This document shows positions 12,917-26,262 of a stretch of 64,000 nt of DNA, piece after piece. The position numbers were made by a program, and so were the translations under genes. The first letter of the stretch is position 1. Each line of letters starts with the position of its first letter. A model generated the notes under the pieces. It was not told where the DNA came from. It worked only from the letters and a program-made list of their open reading frames with translations, and made no database searches. Source of the stretch: Gracilinanus agilis. Its lineage: Eukaryota. Location of the stretch: assembly GCF_016433145.1 (NCBI RefSeq), contig NC_058132.1, positions 438,041,873 through 438,105,872 on the forward strand, given 5' to 3'.

Positions 12917-13634
12917 TTGTAATATTTTATTTTTTTAGAAACATTTTCCATGGTTACATGATTCTTGTTTTTGCTTTCCTCTTCACCTCCCCTTAACCAC
13001 CCCCCCATATCCAACATGTTTTCCCACTGGTTTTAACATATGTTATCAATCAAGACTCATTTACATATTATTGATAGTTACATTAGTGTGGTAGTTTAGT
13101 GTCCACATCCCCAACCATGCCCGCATCAACCCATGTGTTCAAGTAGTTTTTGTCTTCTGTGTTTCCACTCTTGCAATTCTTCCTCTGAATGTGGGTAGCA
13201 TTCTTTGCCATAAATCCCTCAGAATTGTCCTGGGTCATTGCATTGCTGCAAGTACAGAAGTCCATTACATTCGATTTTACCATAGTATATCAGTCTCTGT
13301 GTACAATGTTCTTCTGGCTCTGCTCCTTTCACTCTGCATCAATTCCTGGAGGTCTTTCCAGTTCACATAGAATTCCTCCAGTTTATTATTCCTTTGAGCA
13401 CAATAGTATCCCATCACCAACATATACCACAATTTGTTTAGCCATTCCCCAACTGAAGGGCATCCCTTTGTTTTCCATTTTTTGCTACCACAAAAAGCGC
13501 AGTTATAAATATTTTCATACAAGTCTGTTTATCTATGATCACTTTGGGGTACAAACCCAACAATGCTATCCCTGGATCGAAGGGCAGGCAGTCTTTTATT
13601 GCTCTTTGGGCATAGTTCCAAATTGCCATCCAGG
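12917..13634 (-). mobile_element. Short 5'-truncated LINE-1 (ORF2 C-terminus and 3'UTR)
   Basis: Reverse-complement homology to 11785-12475; T-rich tail at ~12917-12936; probable TSD atctaat(c/t)ctttt at 12904-12916 and 13635-13647. Confidence 0.92.
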
Positions 13635-15443
13635 ATCTAATTCTTTTGCTGTTTTCTGTAAATACACACAAAAGTCTAAAAGCTACAGTGATGTAATCAT
13701 TTTAATCTAGTATGTATTTCCTCCTAATAATAATAATAATCTGTCAAATCAAATAGTAACAGTAGTGCTGACATTTTTCAATAAGAGGATAACATACTAT
13801 TATGGGTATGTATGTGTGTGTATGATTATTTAAGTAATGATAGGGCTTTTGCAAAGGAACTGGTATAGTCCTCTTTTCCTTCATCTGTAAAGGTTTTAGT
13901 AATGTATACGTTTTTGACCCAATGACTTTAAAAGCTTAAGTACTAGTGCTTGTAAGATTGCCCATCAGGAAGTTTAATCTTGGCACTGACATAGATATTT
14001 TCTCTTTCCTAAAATATTTGTTAAAGATATGGAACATCAATTCAGTTAGATCAATATCTTCACTTTTACTCAAATCCTGGGTCATTCAAGTGTAAAATGA
14101 GGTGTCCTTACTTCAAAAGCTGATAATACTTTAAGAAATTCATAGAAAGAACAAAAAACCACACTTATTCATCAAAGATGTGTGACCATTAATTTAACCT
14201 TCTGCAACTTAAATTTTTTTCTTCTCATTAAAATAAGAATATTATCTTAGTAAATTTCTTGACACAAATAAAAAGCAAAAACCACCTGATCCTTTTACTG
14301 TTGAATATACTTTGCATAGTAAACTGTAATATTTATCAGGGGAATAATTTTCTTGCAAGTCTGACTATATCCAAATTTGCCTCCTAATTTTCTTGTTTTG
14401 TTGGAGAAAAAACCTATTTTCTATTTTTCTAGTAACACCTGTGCTCTTAGAGGAGAGGGACATTGTCTTCAACTGAATTTCTACACAATAATTTGTCATG
14501 CATTTAAAAAAATTTAAGCATACATATGTTTACACACATATATAAGAATTAAAGCATAAATTTCAAAGAACATATGGAAATCATATGTTAGTTGCCTGAA
14601 GTTACCATTTCAATACTACAACAGAAGTATGTTTAACCAGATTAATTGTAGTATAAGGAATAAATTACAGCAATAAATCGGATACCAAAAGAGGAATCCT
14701 AGGAATTCAGAGATGATTTTCTCTTAGGTGCTCTGGAACGACAAAATAGACAAGACTTGCTTCTGTATATGGACTCTTTTGCTTCCTGTCTATGTTTTAG
14801 GAATCCTGATATACAACATCTCTTATCTCAACATCATTAGGAAGAATCAACATCACATATGTTCATGTAAAATGTCTGATGATTAATTTAACTTTCTGGC
14901 GGTGGACTCTATGTTTCTCCTTCAATAAGGGATCAGTGGAACTTTTGTATTTTATTCTTATTATTTTGTTCTTTTAAGGAAATGTTACATGTAGACTCAT
15001 TGATGCAAATTAAAATTAAAATTCCAAGCTCCTGCTGTCTAGCCAGGAATACACCACCTCATTTGTACCTTCTGCTGAGGTAAGGCTTCCAGGGACCTAC
15101 ATAGAACAGAGCAAAAGAGAGCATCAGAAATCTGAAATCTGTGCTGAATCCTCTAAGAACCCTATTGAAATCTCCAAAGTCAACCTTGAAACTGCTAATC
15201 ATCTAACTTTACAGCACCGATATTCTTCCTAATTTCATTCTCCATTGGTGAGGATACTGTTAAATACTTACTAGTTCTATCCTCCTCATATTGAATCAAT
15301 CCTCTAATTCCTGAAGAACCAGCTTCCCTTCAGTTATTGCTTCTTCATTCTCATCTGCCTCAACCCTACTCAAAAATGTCCCATTCCAGGTATGCCTGTA
15401 CTTTCCTCTATTCTGTCATATAACTTAAATATTCCATTTATAC

Positions 15444-15642
15444 TTTTTTTAATCCTTACTTTCTATTTTAGAAATGATGCTAAGCATAAATTCCAAAGCA
15501 GAAGAGTGGTAAGGGATAAGCAGTTGGGGTCAAGTGACTTGTCTAGAGTCACACAACTAGGATGTATGTGGATCCAGATTTGAACCCAGGATCTTCCATC
15601 TCCAGGCCTGGCTCTCTATTCACTGAACCACCTACTTGCCCC
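15444..15642 (-). mobile_element. Older SINE1/MdoRep-like SINE
   Basis: aatccttactttc...gcagaagagtggtaaggg...gtcaagtgacttg...gatttgaacccagg...ccacctacttgcccc. Confidence 0.75.
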
Positions 15643-15756
15643 AAACTTTACTTAATCCTAATCATACTCTTTTATTTTTATTTCTATCTTCTAGCACTCA
15701 CTAAGAACTGGCTCCTTTGGAATAACATTTGTGGCTTTGGTTATTCTTTCTGATGC

Positions 15757-16003
15757 TGTTGTTGACTCTTCATGTTGTTATGTCCAACTCTTCAAGATCC
15801 CATTTAGGATATTCTTGGCAAAGATATTGGAGTTGTTTGCCATTTTCTTCTGTGGCTCATTTTATGCATGAAGACCTGGGGCAAATAGGATTAAATGTCT
15901 TGCCTAGGGTCACACAGTGAGTGCCTAAATCCACATTTGAACTCAGAAAAATGAATCTTTTTGACTCCAAGATCAGCACTCTATTCACTGTCTCACCCAG
16001 TTT
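15757..16003 (-). mobile_element. MAR1-like SINE
   Basis: tatgtccaactcttc...cttggcaaagatattggagttgtttgccatttt...atttgaactcagaaaaatgaatc. Confidence 0.75.
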
Positions 16004-16989
16004 TCCATCCTTTCTAATACTGGCTACATTCAATTTCATATCCCTCAATTTAGTTAAGGTAGAACAGTTGAATGCTCCTTGTTTCCCCATTTCCATTTTC
16101 AGACTCCCATATCTGTATTGCCATCACTTAGTCACCTACTAACTTAGCAGGTTCATGCAATCAAAATTCAATACATAATACAGACTCTGGTAATCATTTT
16201 ATGTACTGACACCTAGCCCAATCTACCTTCTTATTGATTCATTTGTTGCCTGACTCAAAGTCTCTATTCCCATAGCAACTCTTTTTCTCATTGTAAAGAA
16301 CTTTAAAAAACTCATCCTCACCTTCCATTCCAATATTCATTCTTTAATAACTTCTGTGTTTTGTGCACAGTTTTCCCATAAAAACTCTAACCTCCTACTA
16401 CATAGGGTCAACTTAGGTATGCAGTTCTTGCTTTTTCTTTAGACTTCTAGGTAAAGTGATTTTTTACTTAATTCAAATTTGCCCATGGAAGTGGAGAAGG
16501 GGAGGAAGAGAGACAGGAAGGTGGCTCCTTGTCTATGGAAGGAGGGGGCTAGCACTTAGTTCAAGGACATACTGGGGCTGAAGCCAGAGAAGGAGATAAT
16601 GAAGAAGAAAACATGAGGCTGGGGTCAAACACATGGGGACATGGTAGGAACCAAAGGAAGAACATGGAGGAAAGCAGCTGACAATGGAGGAATGATATAG
16701 ACATGGAAAGGAAAATATGTGCCACACACAGAGTCTGGGGACAGGCACAAAATTTGGAGGTGGCAGTACCTAAGGTTTCAAGCCAAAATCTTCAGCCTAT
16801 GGTAGTTGTGTCTGTCCATTCTTCTGCTTACCCCCACTGTTCTGCTTTCACTTGGAAGTTTTGTTTTCTTTTGTTTTTTTTTTCCTTTGGAAGAGGAGTT
16901 GGAAGTGATGGAATGCCAAGTGGAAGGGCAAGAGCAAGGAGAGAGAGGGCACATTACTATACACTAAAGCTAACATAAATCTTTTTTGG

Positions 16990-19000
16990 AATATGGATTT
17001 TTTTCAGAATTTCTTTAGGTAAGGTCAAATTTGTATAATGCAAATTTACATAAAGCAAGAGCTAAGTTATATTTTCACAAATACTCTAATTTCTCAGTTT
17101 CTCAATCTTTTCAACTCTCATAACTTACTCTTCCTCTGTATCATGCATAAATGGCTATACTCTCAACTTTGCCACCAACCACAAACATTCCGTTTTAATA
17201 TTCAACAATACCCAGTAAACTTTATTTGGTCATAATCTTTTACATTCCATATCTCTCATGCCTTAACTCACCTAAATCTACTCTTTATCCTCACCAGGAA
17301 CTCAGTTCCTCCTTATCTCAGTATTTTGGAAGGTTAACACCCCTCATATGGCTAGACTAGGTTCTCTTCTCAATCTCAACCCCTTTATCAACCTCTGAAG
17401 CTTTATTAACTCTACACTATCCTCTGCCCTCAAATCTTTTGTTCGCTACTATTGTTAGTCATCTTATGACAACCCTATTGTGTATAATGCCTACCATTTG
17501 CATTCCTTTATATCCATATCATGCATGTGCTACTGAATGAATCTAGAAGAAATCATGAAAATGTGTTTTCTAGGTCCACTGAAAACTTATAATAACTAAT
17601 CTTAAATGGGTCCTCTTCTTAGCAAGACAATTCTTTGATGTCTTTATGCCACTTCTTTATGCCACTCATGACAGACTATTCCAACAGAGAACAAAATGTT
17701 CCTTCTCCCTGTACTACTGTCTTCTAAGCGTCACAACTGAGTACCTCACCTCCTATTTTAGCCAAAAAACTGAGGCCACTCACTGAAGGCTTCTTTTTCT
17801 CCCCTTCTCATCATTTCTATCATTCTTTTACTATCTTCATTCTAGATTTGACAGCAAAGTAGGTGTACTTCTTGTCAAGGTGAATCACTCTCTGTGTTCC
17901 ATTGATCTCATTTATTCTTGTCTTCTCCAACAGATTGCCCTCCACTGGCACTCCTCTTTTTCAATCTAATGTTCTTTCCTTACTGATTATATTTTCCCCT
18001 GCCACTTACAAATATACCCATATTTCTCCCATCCTTAAAAAATAAATAAATAACTTCACTAGATCCTATTAGCTCAACTAGTGATTGTCTTTTATGTTTC
18101 TTTACTTTCACTAAATTATATTTACACAAGGTACTTCCATTTCATTTCCTGTCACTTCTAAACCTTCTGTACTCTGATTTCTGACCTAATCATTCAACTA
18201 CAACTGTTTTCTCTATTATTAACAAGGATGTCTTAATTGCTGATTCTAATGGACATTTCTCAATTCTTATTTTCTAAACTCATCTTCAACATTTGATATA
18301 ATTGAACAGCTCTTCCTAGTGTTATTCATGACTGATATTTACATTTTTTTTATAACCCTTACCTTCCATCTTGAAGTCAATACTGTGTATTGGCTCCAAG
18401 ACAGAAGAGTGGTAAGGGTAGGCAATGGGGGTCAAGTGACTTGCCCAGGGTCACACACTGGGAAGTGTCTGAGGCCAGATTTGAACTTAGGACCTCCTGT
18501 CTCTAGGCCTGACTCTCAATCCACTGAGTTACCCAGCTGCCCCCTGATATTTACATTTTTGAGTATTCTTCAGACTCTTTTTTATGGATCTCCTTCACTA
18601 ATTATGGATGTTCCCCAAGGCTTTGAGCAGGACTTTCTTTCCTTTTTCCTCTATTTATTCTCTTTTGGTGATCTCATTGGCTTCAGCGGTTTCAATAATC
18701 TTTTTTTTTTTATATGATACCCAGATTTCCACCCCCTGCCACAGATAGACATAGATATAGATAGCTAGATAGATAGACTATTTCATAATAGGTTTCATAT
18801 TGAACTCTGTTTCTTAAGCTCTTTCTATACCAATCCATTCATCATACAAAGCTGCCAACATGATTTTCCTAGAGTATGTCTAACCATTTCACTACCTATT
18901 CTATAAAATTCCTTACTACCTTTAGGATAAAATATAAACTCTTTTTAACATTTATATCCCTTCATAACCTGTCTCCTTTCAATTTTTCCAATCTCTTTAG
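16990..19000 (+). mobile_element. Decayed L2 LINE fragment(s), interrupted by a SINE1
   Basis: C/T-rich L2-like text (tcttctccaacagattgccc, ctctgatttctgacctaatcattcaactacaactgttttctc, ggatgttccccaaggc). Confidence 0.6.
18349..18544 (-). mobile_element. SINE1_Mdo-like young SINE
   Basis: Full element with tRNA-like head and 3' hairpin; 16-bp TSD tgatatttacattttt at 18333-18348 and 18545-18560. Confidence 0.93.
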
Positions 19001-19689
19001 AATCTTATGTTTGTTAGTTTGGATTATTCAGCCTATTTTAAAATATATGATATGTTTGAAAAGAATAATTCTGAAGTAGTTGGTGTTATTAGATGCAGAT
19101 ATCAGCTAGAGCTTGAGGTGACTTTTCAAATCTATTTCCCCACAAGTAAGTAACTTTCCTGCAAGAGTCAATTGATGAGAAAAAGCTAGTTTACAGATAT
19201 GTTAAACTTGTAACACAAAGGAAATTACCATTTTTATAGATCATAAGAAATTATATTTACCCAATGAAGAAAAAGTGGAAGTTTCATATTCAAGAAAAAG
19301 TTATAGAAGCAGACACTCAATTAACCTGAAATGTGAGCTAAGGTTAAAAGGACACGAATATTTAACTGTGGTTTGCTTTTGGGGAACATCTAATGAATTT
19401 CTAGACTGACCCTTTATTCTGGTGCTTAGTGAACCAAATTAGTGGTAATACTGCATATCAAAGAATTCTTTGTGTATCTTCTGGCAGCTATTTGAGAAGT
19501 TCTGTACACATGAGCTATGAAAGTTATAATAAAAATAATTTTATAGATTTCCTTGGGTGTATAGTAACTCAATACAAAATATTACTTCTGCTAATATTTC
19601 AATTCTTCAAAAGCTCCTTATTTTTGATACAGATGCTATTTTTGCCTCAGAAATCTTAACCTCTCCATGCCTAGAAATAAGCTTCTATA

Positions 19690-21200
19690 CTTTTTCATAG
19701 AATTATACAGTCACAGAATCTCAAAGATAGGAGACTGGTTTATGAACAAAAAGCCTTTTATGAGACAACTGGTCATCCTGTCTTTGTTTGGAAATCTACA
19801 CTCGAGGGGAAATTTACCATGTCCTAAAGTAACCCATTCCACTTAAAATAGTTCAAATTATGAGGAAGCATTTCTTTATATTAGTTCTATGTTTGATTCT
19901 TCAAAACCTAATTGTTTTTCTACCTCTTTCAAGCAATTAGGAGATCTAATCTTAATACATCTTCAGTTACTCCTAGTTCTGCATTCTAGAGCCAAATAAA
20001 ACAAATTTAATTTCTTTTCAAAGGAGCAGCCCTTCAGATAGTTGGAGACAACTATCATGGCCCCATTAAGTCTTCTCTTCTCCATACTAAATATCCTCAC
20101 CTCCTATCATTTTTCCTATGGCATATTCTTAAGGCTTTTCATTATATTAATGTCCTTCCCCAAAATATGGCATCCAGAATTAAACCTAACATTTCAGATG
20201 TGTTCTATCCAAGTTGAAGCACAAAGGGACTAAGAGCTTCCTAATCTTAGAAAATTCTCTAAATAAAGCTTAAGACAATTAGTTTTCTCAGCTGTTAGAT
20301 TTCATGAAAACAATTATCAAAAAATCTAGACAAAACATTTCTACAGCATTCTACTGATCTTTCAGTCCAGTTTCCCCATCAAGTAAAGAGTATTAAGATT
20401 TTTAAGATTTGCTTCTTTTGTTTTAAGTTTTGATCAAACATCCATTTAATATGTTTTAGGATTTTTCAAGGCATATAAGTGAAACTCATTGGCCTATGCC
20501 TTTGCAAACTTTATTCTTTTTCATGTGTAAAAGCTTGAATGGTGTTTTGTCCTTCCCCTCTTATATGGTGTCTCTACCATTCTCCAGAATATGCTAAATA
20601 TCAATGACAGTGGTGTCACCATTACATTTGCCAATTTTTTCAGTGCCCAAGGTCTATTTGGATCTAGGTATTTTCTTATTCACCTACTTAAATATTATGT
20701 TAACTCCTAGTTAATCTTTTTGGGCATATTTTTTAAACAAAAAATCTTTTTTCCTTTTGGGGAAAAAAACCTGAGCAGCCCTTTTTCTCTAACATTACTT
20801 ATCATTATATATAAAAGCAGAGATTTTTATACCTTTTTTTCATCTTCCTCTTTTCCTGTATAAAACATAAAAAACTAGTTTTCTTACTAACCTCTGGTAA
20901 TTCTGAGATCTGCTGTGCCTAACATTCTTACTTAACTGTGCATCATGTTTGTATTCATTTTCTAATACCTATCCTTGCTATCATCTTCTACACATGCATT
21001 CTTAAAAATCTAGATTGGTAGGTGAATGTCCAGTTTAAATTATTTCCCCTTTTCCTGTTCTTCAGAATTTCATCATAAGTGCTTTTCATACCTCTTTCTC
21101 CATAAAATTTTGGTTCACAGAATCTTATCTAATATTACCCTCAATCTTTAAAGTTTTCTCTCTCAAATTTTAGGATATTTATTTGACTATGATTGGCTTT
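19690..21200 (-). mobile_element. CR1/L3 LINE fragment
   Basis: cagcccttcagatagttggagacaactatcatggcccc..aagtcttctcttctcc; cccaaaatatggcatccagaatt; atcaatgacagtgg...acatttgccaattttttcagtgccc. Confidence 0.65.
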
Positions 21201-21357
21201 CTTCTCTTCTATCTCAAATAACCAAAAAAAGAGTATGCCCTTTCCCAAAGTTCCCCAGTGTTTATTCCCTTTTTTCAAGGATGATTTGTTCTTGATGAAG
21301 GCATACTTTTTGTTGCTTCTTTTTTTCTGAATTTTCACCAAACATCCATTTAATATG

Positions 21358-21551
21358 GTTTTTTTTTTAAATTTTTAACCCTTGTACTTTGGTGTATTGT
21401 CTCATAGGTGGAAGAGTGGTAAGGGTGGGCAATGGGGGTCAAGTAACTTGCCCAGGGTTACACAGCTGGGAAGTGGCTGAGGCCGGACTTGAACCTAGGA
21501 CCTCCTGTCTCTAGGCCTGACTCTCACTCCACTGAGCTACCCAGCTGCCCC
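21358..21551 (-). mobile_element. SINE1-like young SINE with a variant 3' tail
   Basis: Head and body match SINE1; TSD catttaatatg at 21347-21357 and 21552-21562. Confidence 0.9.
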
Positions 21552-21812
21552 CATTTAATATGTTTTAACATTTTCCAAGGAATGTAATTGAAGGTCATTC
21601 ATCCATAGTTTTCAAATGCTTTTTTTTTAAAAATTGGAACAATGTTTGCTTTCCCATCTTATATGGTATCTTTACCATTGTTTCTCATTAGTCTCTCCTT
21701 GTTGGAATCAGAATACAGTGAAACTTCCACCCCACACCCCCAACACATACACACGAATTGTTTCCTCTGCTTTTTGAAGGATGTAACAATAGGGTAAATG
21801 AAGAATTCTAAC

Positions 21813-22010
21813 GGGGGCAGCTGGGTAGCTCAGTAGATTGAGAGTCAGGCCTAGAGACCAGAGGTCCTAGGTTCAAATGTGACCTCAGACACTTCACAGC
21901 TGTGTGACCCTGGGCAAGTCACTTGACCCCCATCGCCTACCCTTACCACTCTTCTGTCTTGGAGCCAATACACAGTATTTACTCCAAAATGGAAGGTAAG
22001 GTTTAAAAAA
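21813..22010 (+). mobile_element. SINE1_Mdo-like young SINE
   Basis: gggggcagctgggtagctcagt...ggttcaaat...ggaaggtaaggtttaaaa; 12-bp TSD aagaattctaac at 21801-21812 and 22011-22022. Confidence 0.93.
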
Positions 22011-23329
22011 AAGAATTCTAACAGCTCTCTGACATACATATGACCTCTTGACAGGCCTCACAAATGCTTCAGCTGTTTCCTCTTTCTGTCTTCTGTGTAG
22101 TAGTAAAAAGATACTCTAAACAAAATGGCTGCCTCTAAACATGGAAATAGTTAAAAACACTGTGAGATATGTGATGGTATAGTGTTAGGACATAATAAAT
22201 GATAAATATGAGGCCTTTAAATATATATGGAATATATAAGAAGATTTACTCATCTAAAAATACAAATAAATAAATATCCATCCAATTGTTTGGGGTAGAA
22301 CATACACATTTAGAATTGTATGGTCAAAGGTCTTATCCCAAAAAGTCTCATTTATTCCTATAACATAAAATTTATCTACTTGAATTAGCATTTCTAGCTA
22401 ATGCCATTTGATGGAAAACATGAATTTTATTACTGTCAAAAATAAGCTACATTTTTATGAAGTAACCTTTCTAAAATATGAATTATTTTCTTTAAAAAAT
22501 TTCTACTAATTGAGAACAATTAAGATTCTTTTGTTGATTTTTATTTTAACATTGTGGTTTAGTGATTTTATGAAGCTTATGAATCTTATAGTGGTGAAAA
22601 AATATCATCCAGCATACACATATCCTGATATATGTAAATATTATTTTCTGATTAGACTTGCATTATTTTTTTTGTCAAATTGTTCTTTTTTGATGTAAAA
22701 CAAAATAGCTGAAATTGTAGAAGAATGGTATTTAAAAGTTTTAACAAGATGCTAGCTTTATTGGCTATTTTAAAATGATCTACTAACTTTAGTAAAGGAC
22801 AGACTCTATATTCTAAATGTTGTATTGTTGCATTTTCAAAAAGATTTCTGCCTAATGTTTGTAAGAAGGTGGTTTAACTATCAGCCCATTGTTGGATGCT
22901 CATTATGGGTTCCAGATTACTGCAACAATGAAAGTGTTCTTATTCAAATGTGCATTAATGCATTCAGTTCTTAATAACAGCATTCATAGATATCTATAAA
23001 TAGAAAAAGAAACAATTGTATGGAATGCTTGATATTCATCCTAAACACTTTTTGGCATTTTACTTTTAAATTCAGCAGTAATGTAACTGCTGTACTCATA
23101 AGTTATTCAGGTACTTTTCTTAGCTTTGCATGAACAGGAAGTTTTGTTCTTACAATTGCAGAGACCATTTTAGCAACTAAGAAAAAATGAGTTTTTTTTA
23201 AAAAGTGTGCAATTATAAGTCTATAATTGGAGAAATTCTGCAAATAGAGAAATTATAAAGTTAAACAAAATAAAATTTCTATTAGCATGATTTTGCTAAT
23301 ACTTTTTTTTTTTACTTTTTTTTCTCCAG

Positions 23330-23420
23330 ATACACCATCGGTTAAGATTATACCTTCTACTCCATTTCCACAAGAAGGACAGCCATTAGTTTTGACTTGT
23401 GAATCCAAAGGAAAACCCTT
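23330..23420 (+). CDS. CADM2: CADM2 internal coding exon, 91 nt, N-half of Ig-like domain 3 (..TPSVKIIPSTPFPQEGQPLVLTCESKGKPL)
   Basis: Polypyrimidine tract and ctccag acceptor; GTAAGT donor at 23421; peptide matches CADM2 as recalled; phase 1 start and phase 2 end join in frame with 55442. Confidence 0.93.
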
Positions 23421-25634
23421 GTAAGTGACTTAATGAATAATTGATTAGATAAACTATTTTAATAAAAGCATTTAAATATGGAAACTTACTCTTTAAAAAT
23501 CTTTTCATAGTGTAAAAAGTGATCTCATAAAATCTTTTGGACTGAATCTTGATTAAGCATCTATGAGATATTGGTCATTTACTTTGTCTTCTAGTGAAGT
23601 TTCTGGGAAAAATTCCAAGCGTGAAAGACTATTTATTTTGACATTCAATAAGATATTTTAAGTTGAAAGGATTTAATTGGTCACCATTTGCAGGATAAAT
23701 TTGATAATAGGTATGTGTTTTTGGAGATAATTTCATTGAGAATTTTCTTAAATTGCAAAGCAATCCAAGCAGATGCTAATTTTTGAGTTACTTTCTGAAG
23801 TTCTTTTCATTATAAGGGGAACATTGGTAATATGGTGATTGTGAGTTAAGTGATCATTAACCACCAAAACCCTAACAAAGATCTGGGAGGCATCAATTGA
23901 ACCAAAAAGCAAGTGACATAGTAAAGACCAAGAGAGTTTTGGCTGTTTTTTCTATTCCCATGTACTCCTAGGACTCATAGTTAGAAAGAGTAGAAATCAC
24001 AAGTATTTAACCTGAAGACGTAGATCTTAAGAAAGGCCTGATTGTTTACCAAAAAAAAAAAACTAGAAGCAAAATATTGTAAAATTTCCCATACCTAGAA
24101 ATAAATAATTATAATTATTAAAATAAATTACCTTAAAATAATTTTTGAATGACAAAACAAAACATCCAGAAATTATTCTAATCAGGCATTGATTCTAGCA
24201 ACTTGCAGTGAGACAGTGATTTTAAAAATATCATCACTTGTCCACAGTATCTTCATATGTAAAATGAAATAATACTAAATCATCTTTTAAATCCCTTTTA
24301 CCTCAAAAATTCTTAGTTTTATGGTTACCTATATAAGCATTCCTAAACATCCATCTTAACCTTGTTCCCTGATGATGCTTATTTTATATATAAATGTTCA
24401 AATATTGAGGAAACAGACTAATAAAGGACAAAAATGAATGATAATCTTTAAGAGCTATCATTTTTTGAAGCTATTAGAAAAATAAATTTGTAATTGATTC
24501 ATATTTTAATTTAGATTTTAACAATTAATATAATTGAATTACCTTCTGAATATATCTCCTTATGGGATAGCTTCTGCAATATTAAGATTAAAGTATTATC
24601 TTTTTTATACTATATATTTGCTTCTAATGCAGCGTAGGTTTTTCAAGTGATAAATTTTGCCTGAAAAAATTTTTCAGGTTATTGACTTGAAATTTTATGT
24701 TCGTCCATTCTATTATGTCATTCAACAACTCAATAATATTTTTACAAAATTAAATCTGTACCCTTTGAGAGACATTCTTTATTACAGATGTGTCTTAATA
24801 ATAAATATTAATATTTCTTCAATAATCAATCCATTAAACATTTTTGCAGAACAAATTGATTTTTCTTCTGCCTTGAATATAGGCCATTGTTGTCTCTTGT
24901 CTTAACATAAACATCCCATAAACTTGAATATTTCCTGTCCCTTGCAAATCTTAAATTACATATGGAAAAGATTTCTTAATAGTGAAGAGTTCATGAAAGC
25001 AAATATATTTAATCATTATGCCTTCAATTCCTTTTTCTTTTACCCTAAGTAAAATACTTAAGAAAAAAGGAAAGGGAAAAACATCATAGTTCTTCAGTTA
25101 GCATCTTTAATTATACTTACCCAGTTGTGAGTAAATACTTAGTATTCCAAGTCTAGTAATTTAAAAATGGTGATAAAGGATATGGACAAAATGGCAGTAG
25201 GAATTTCTGTCACTATTGCTATTAGTTTTACAGTTTTGAGACTAAAAGCAATAACGAAGTTATGTCAAAATTTCATCAGACTGGAAAGAGGCTAAAATTC
25301 CTACTTTTTCTGTCCTTAAATGTTGGTAGCAATCCCCTCTTTCCAATCACTTAAGCTAATAAACTTGTGCCACCTTCAATTACTTTTTCTTTCTTGCTCT
25401 GCCTTTGTTTAATTAGTTGCCATTTTCTGTCAGATGTAGGACTTGAATGTAAGTCCTTCTTTCTCCAAGTCTGGCCTTCAAACTACTACACCATGCTGCC
25501 TCAGGTCTTGCATAGAGTAAGCATTCAACAAATGTTTGTTGAATTACTATTGAAATGCCAATTCTGTCCCCTTTATCCCACCTTGCTTGGATTTTCTCTT
25601 TATTATTTTCCTCCCTCTACTTATTTTGTCTGCA

Positions 25635-25833
25635 TTTTTTAAAATACCCTTTCTGTCTTGGAATTAGTACTGTGTATTGGTTCCAAGGCAGAAAAATGGT
25701 AAGGGCTAAGCAATGGGGGTTAAGTGACTTGCCGAGGATCACACAACTAGGAAGTGTCTGAGGCCAGATTTGAACTTAGAACCTCCCATCTCTAGATCTG
25801 GCTCTCAAACCACTGAGCTATCCAGCTTCGCCC
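25635..25833 (-). mobile_element. SINE1-like SINE
   Basis: ttggaattagtactgtgtattggttccaaggcag...gtgacttgcc...gatttgaactt...ccactgagctatccagc. Confidence 0.85.
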
Positions 25834-26056
25834 TTGTCTGGAAATTTTTTTTTTTAATGAATGCATATCTATTTTTGATAGTAACTACTCTTCAAAGTTA
25901 AATCCAACCAGAAAGGATCTTTTTCCAAAAAGAATGCAATATTTTTATGGGCAAGGACTGTGTCTTCTATCTCTTTTATATCACTATGATACATAATACA
26001 TAATTTGAAATTTTGCATTTAATTTACTAATTTGCATTGCATTTATTAAATTCTTT

Positions 26057-26262
26057 CTTTTTTTTTTTTTAACCCTTACCTTCAGTGTTGGAGTCAATAC
26101 TGTGTATTGGCTCCAAGGCAGAAGAGTGGTAAGGGTAGGCAATGGGGGTCAAGTGACTTGCCCAGGGTCACACAGCTGGGAAGTGTCTGAGGCCAGATTT
26201 GAACTTAGGACCTCCCATCTCTAGGCCTGACTCTCAATCCACTGAGCTACCCAGCTGCCCCA
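26057..26262 (-). mobile_element. SINE1_Mdo-like young SINE
   Basis: Near-consensus copy with long T tail; no TSD evident. Confidence 0.92.

Noticed and set aside
8678-13710. Many short ORFs antisense to or overlapping the L1s
   Set aside because: Shadow frames of L1 ORF2 and 3'UTR
16480-16960. Purine-rich block that might be an LTR or an exon
   Set aside because: No splice-compatible ORF, termini or TSD identified
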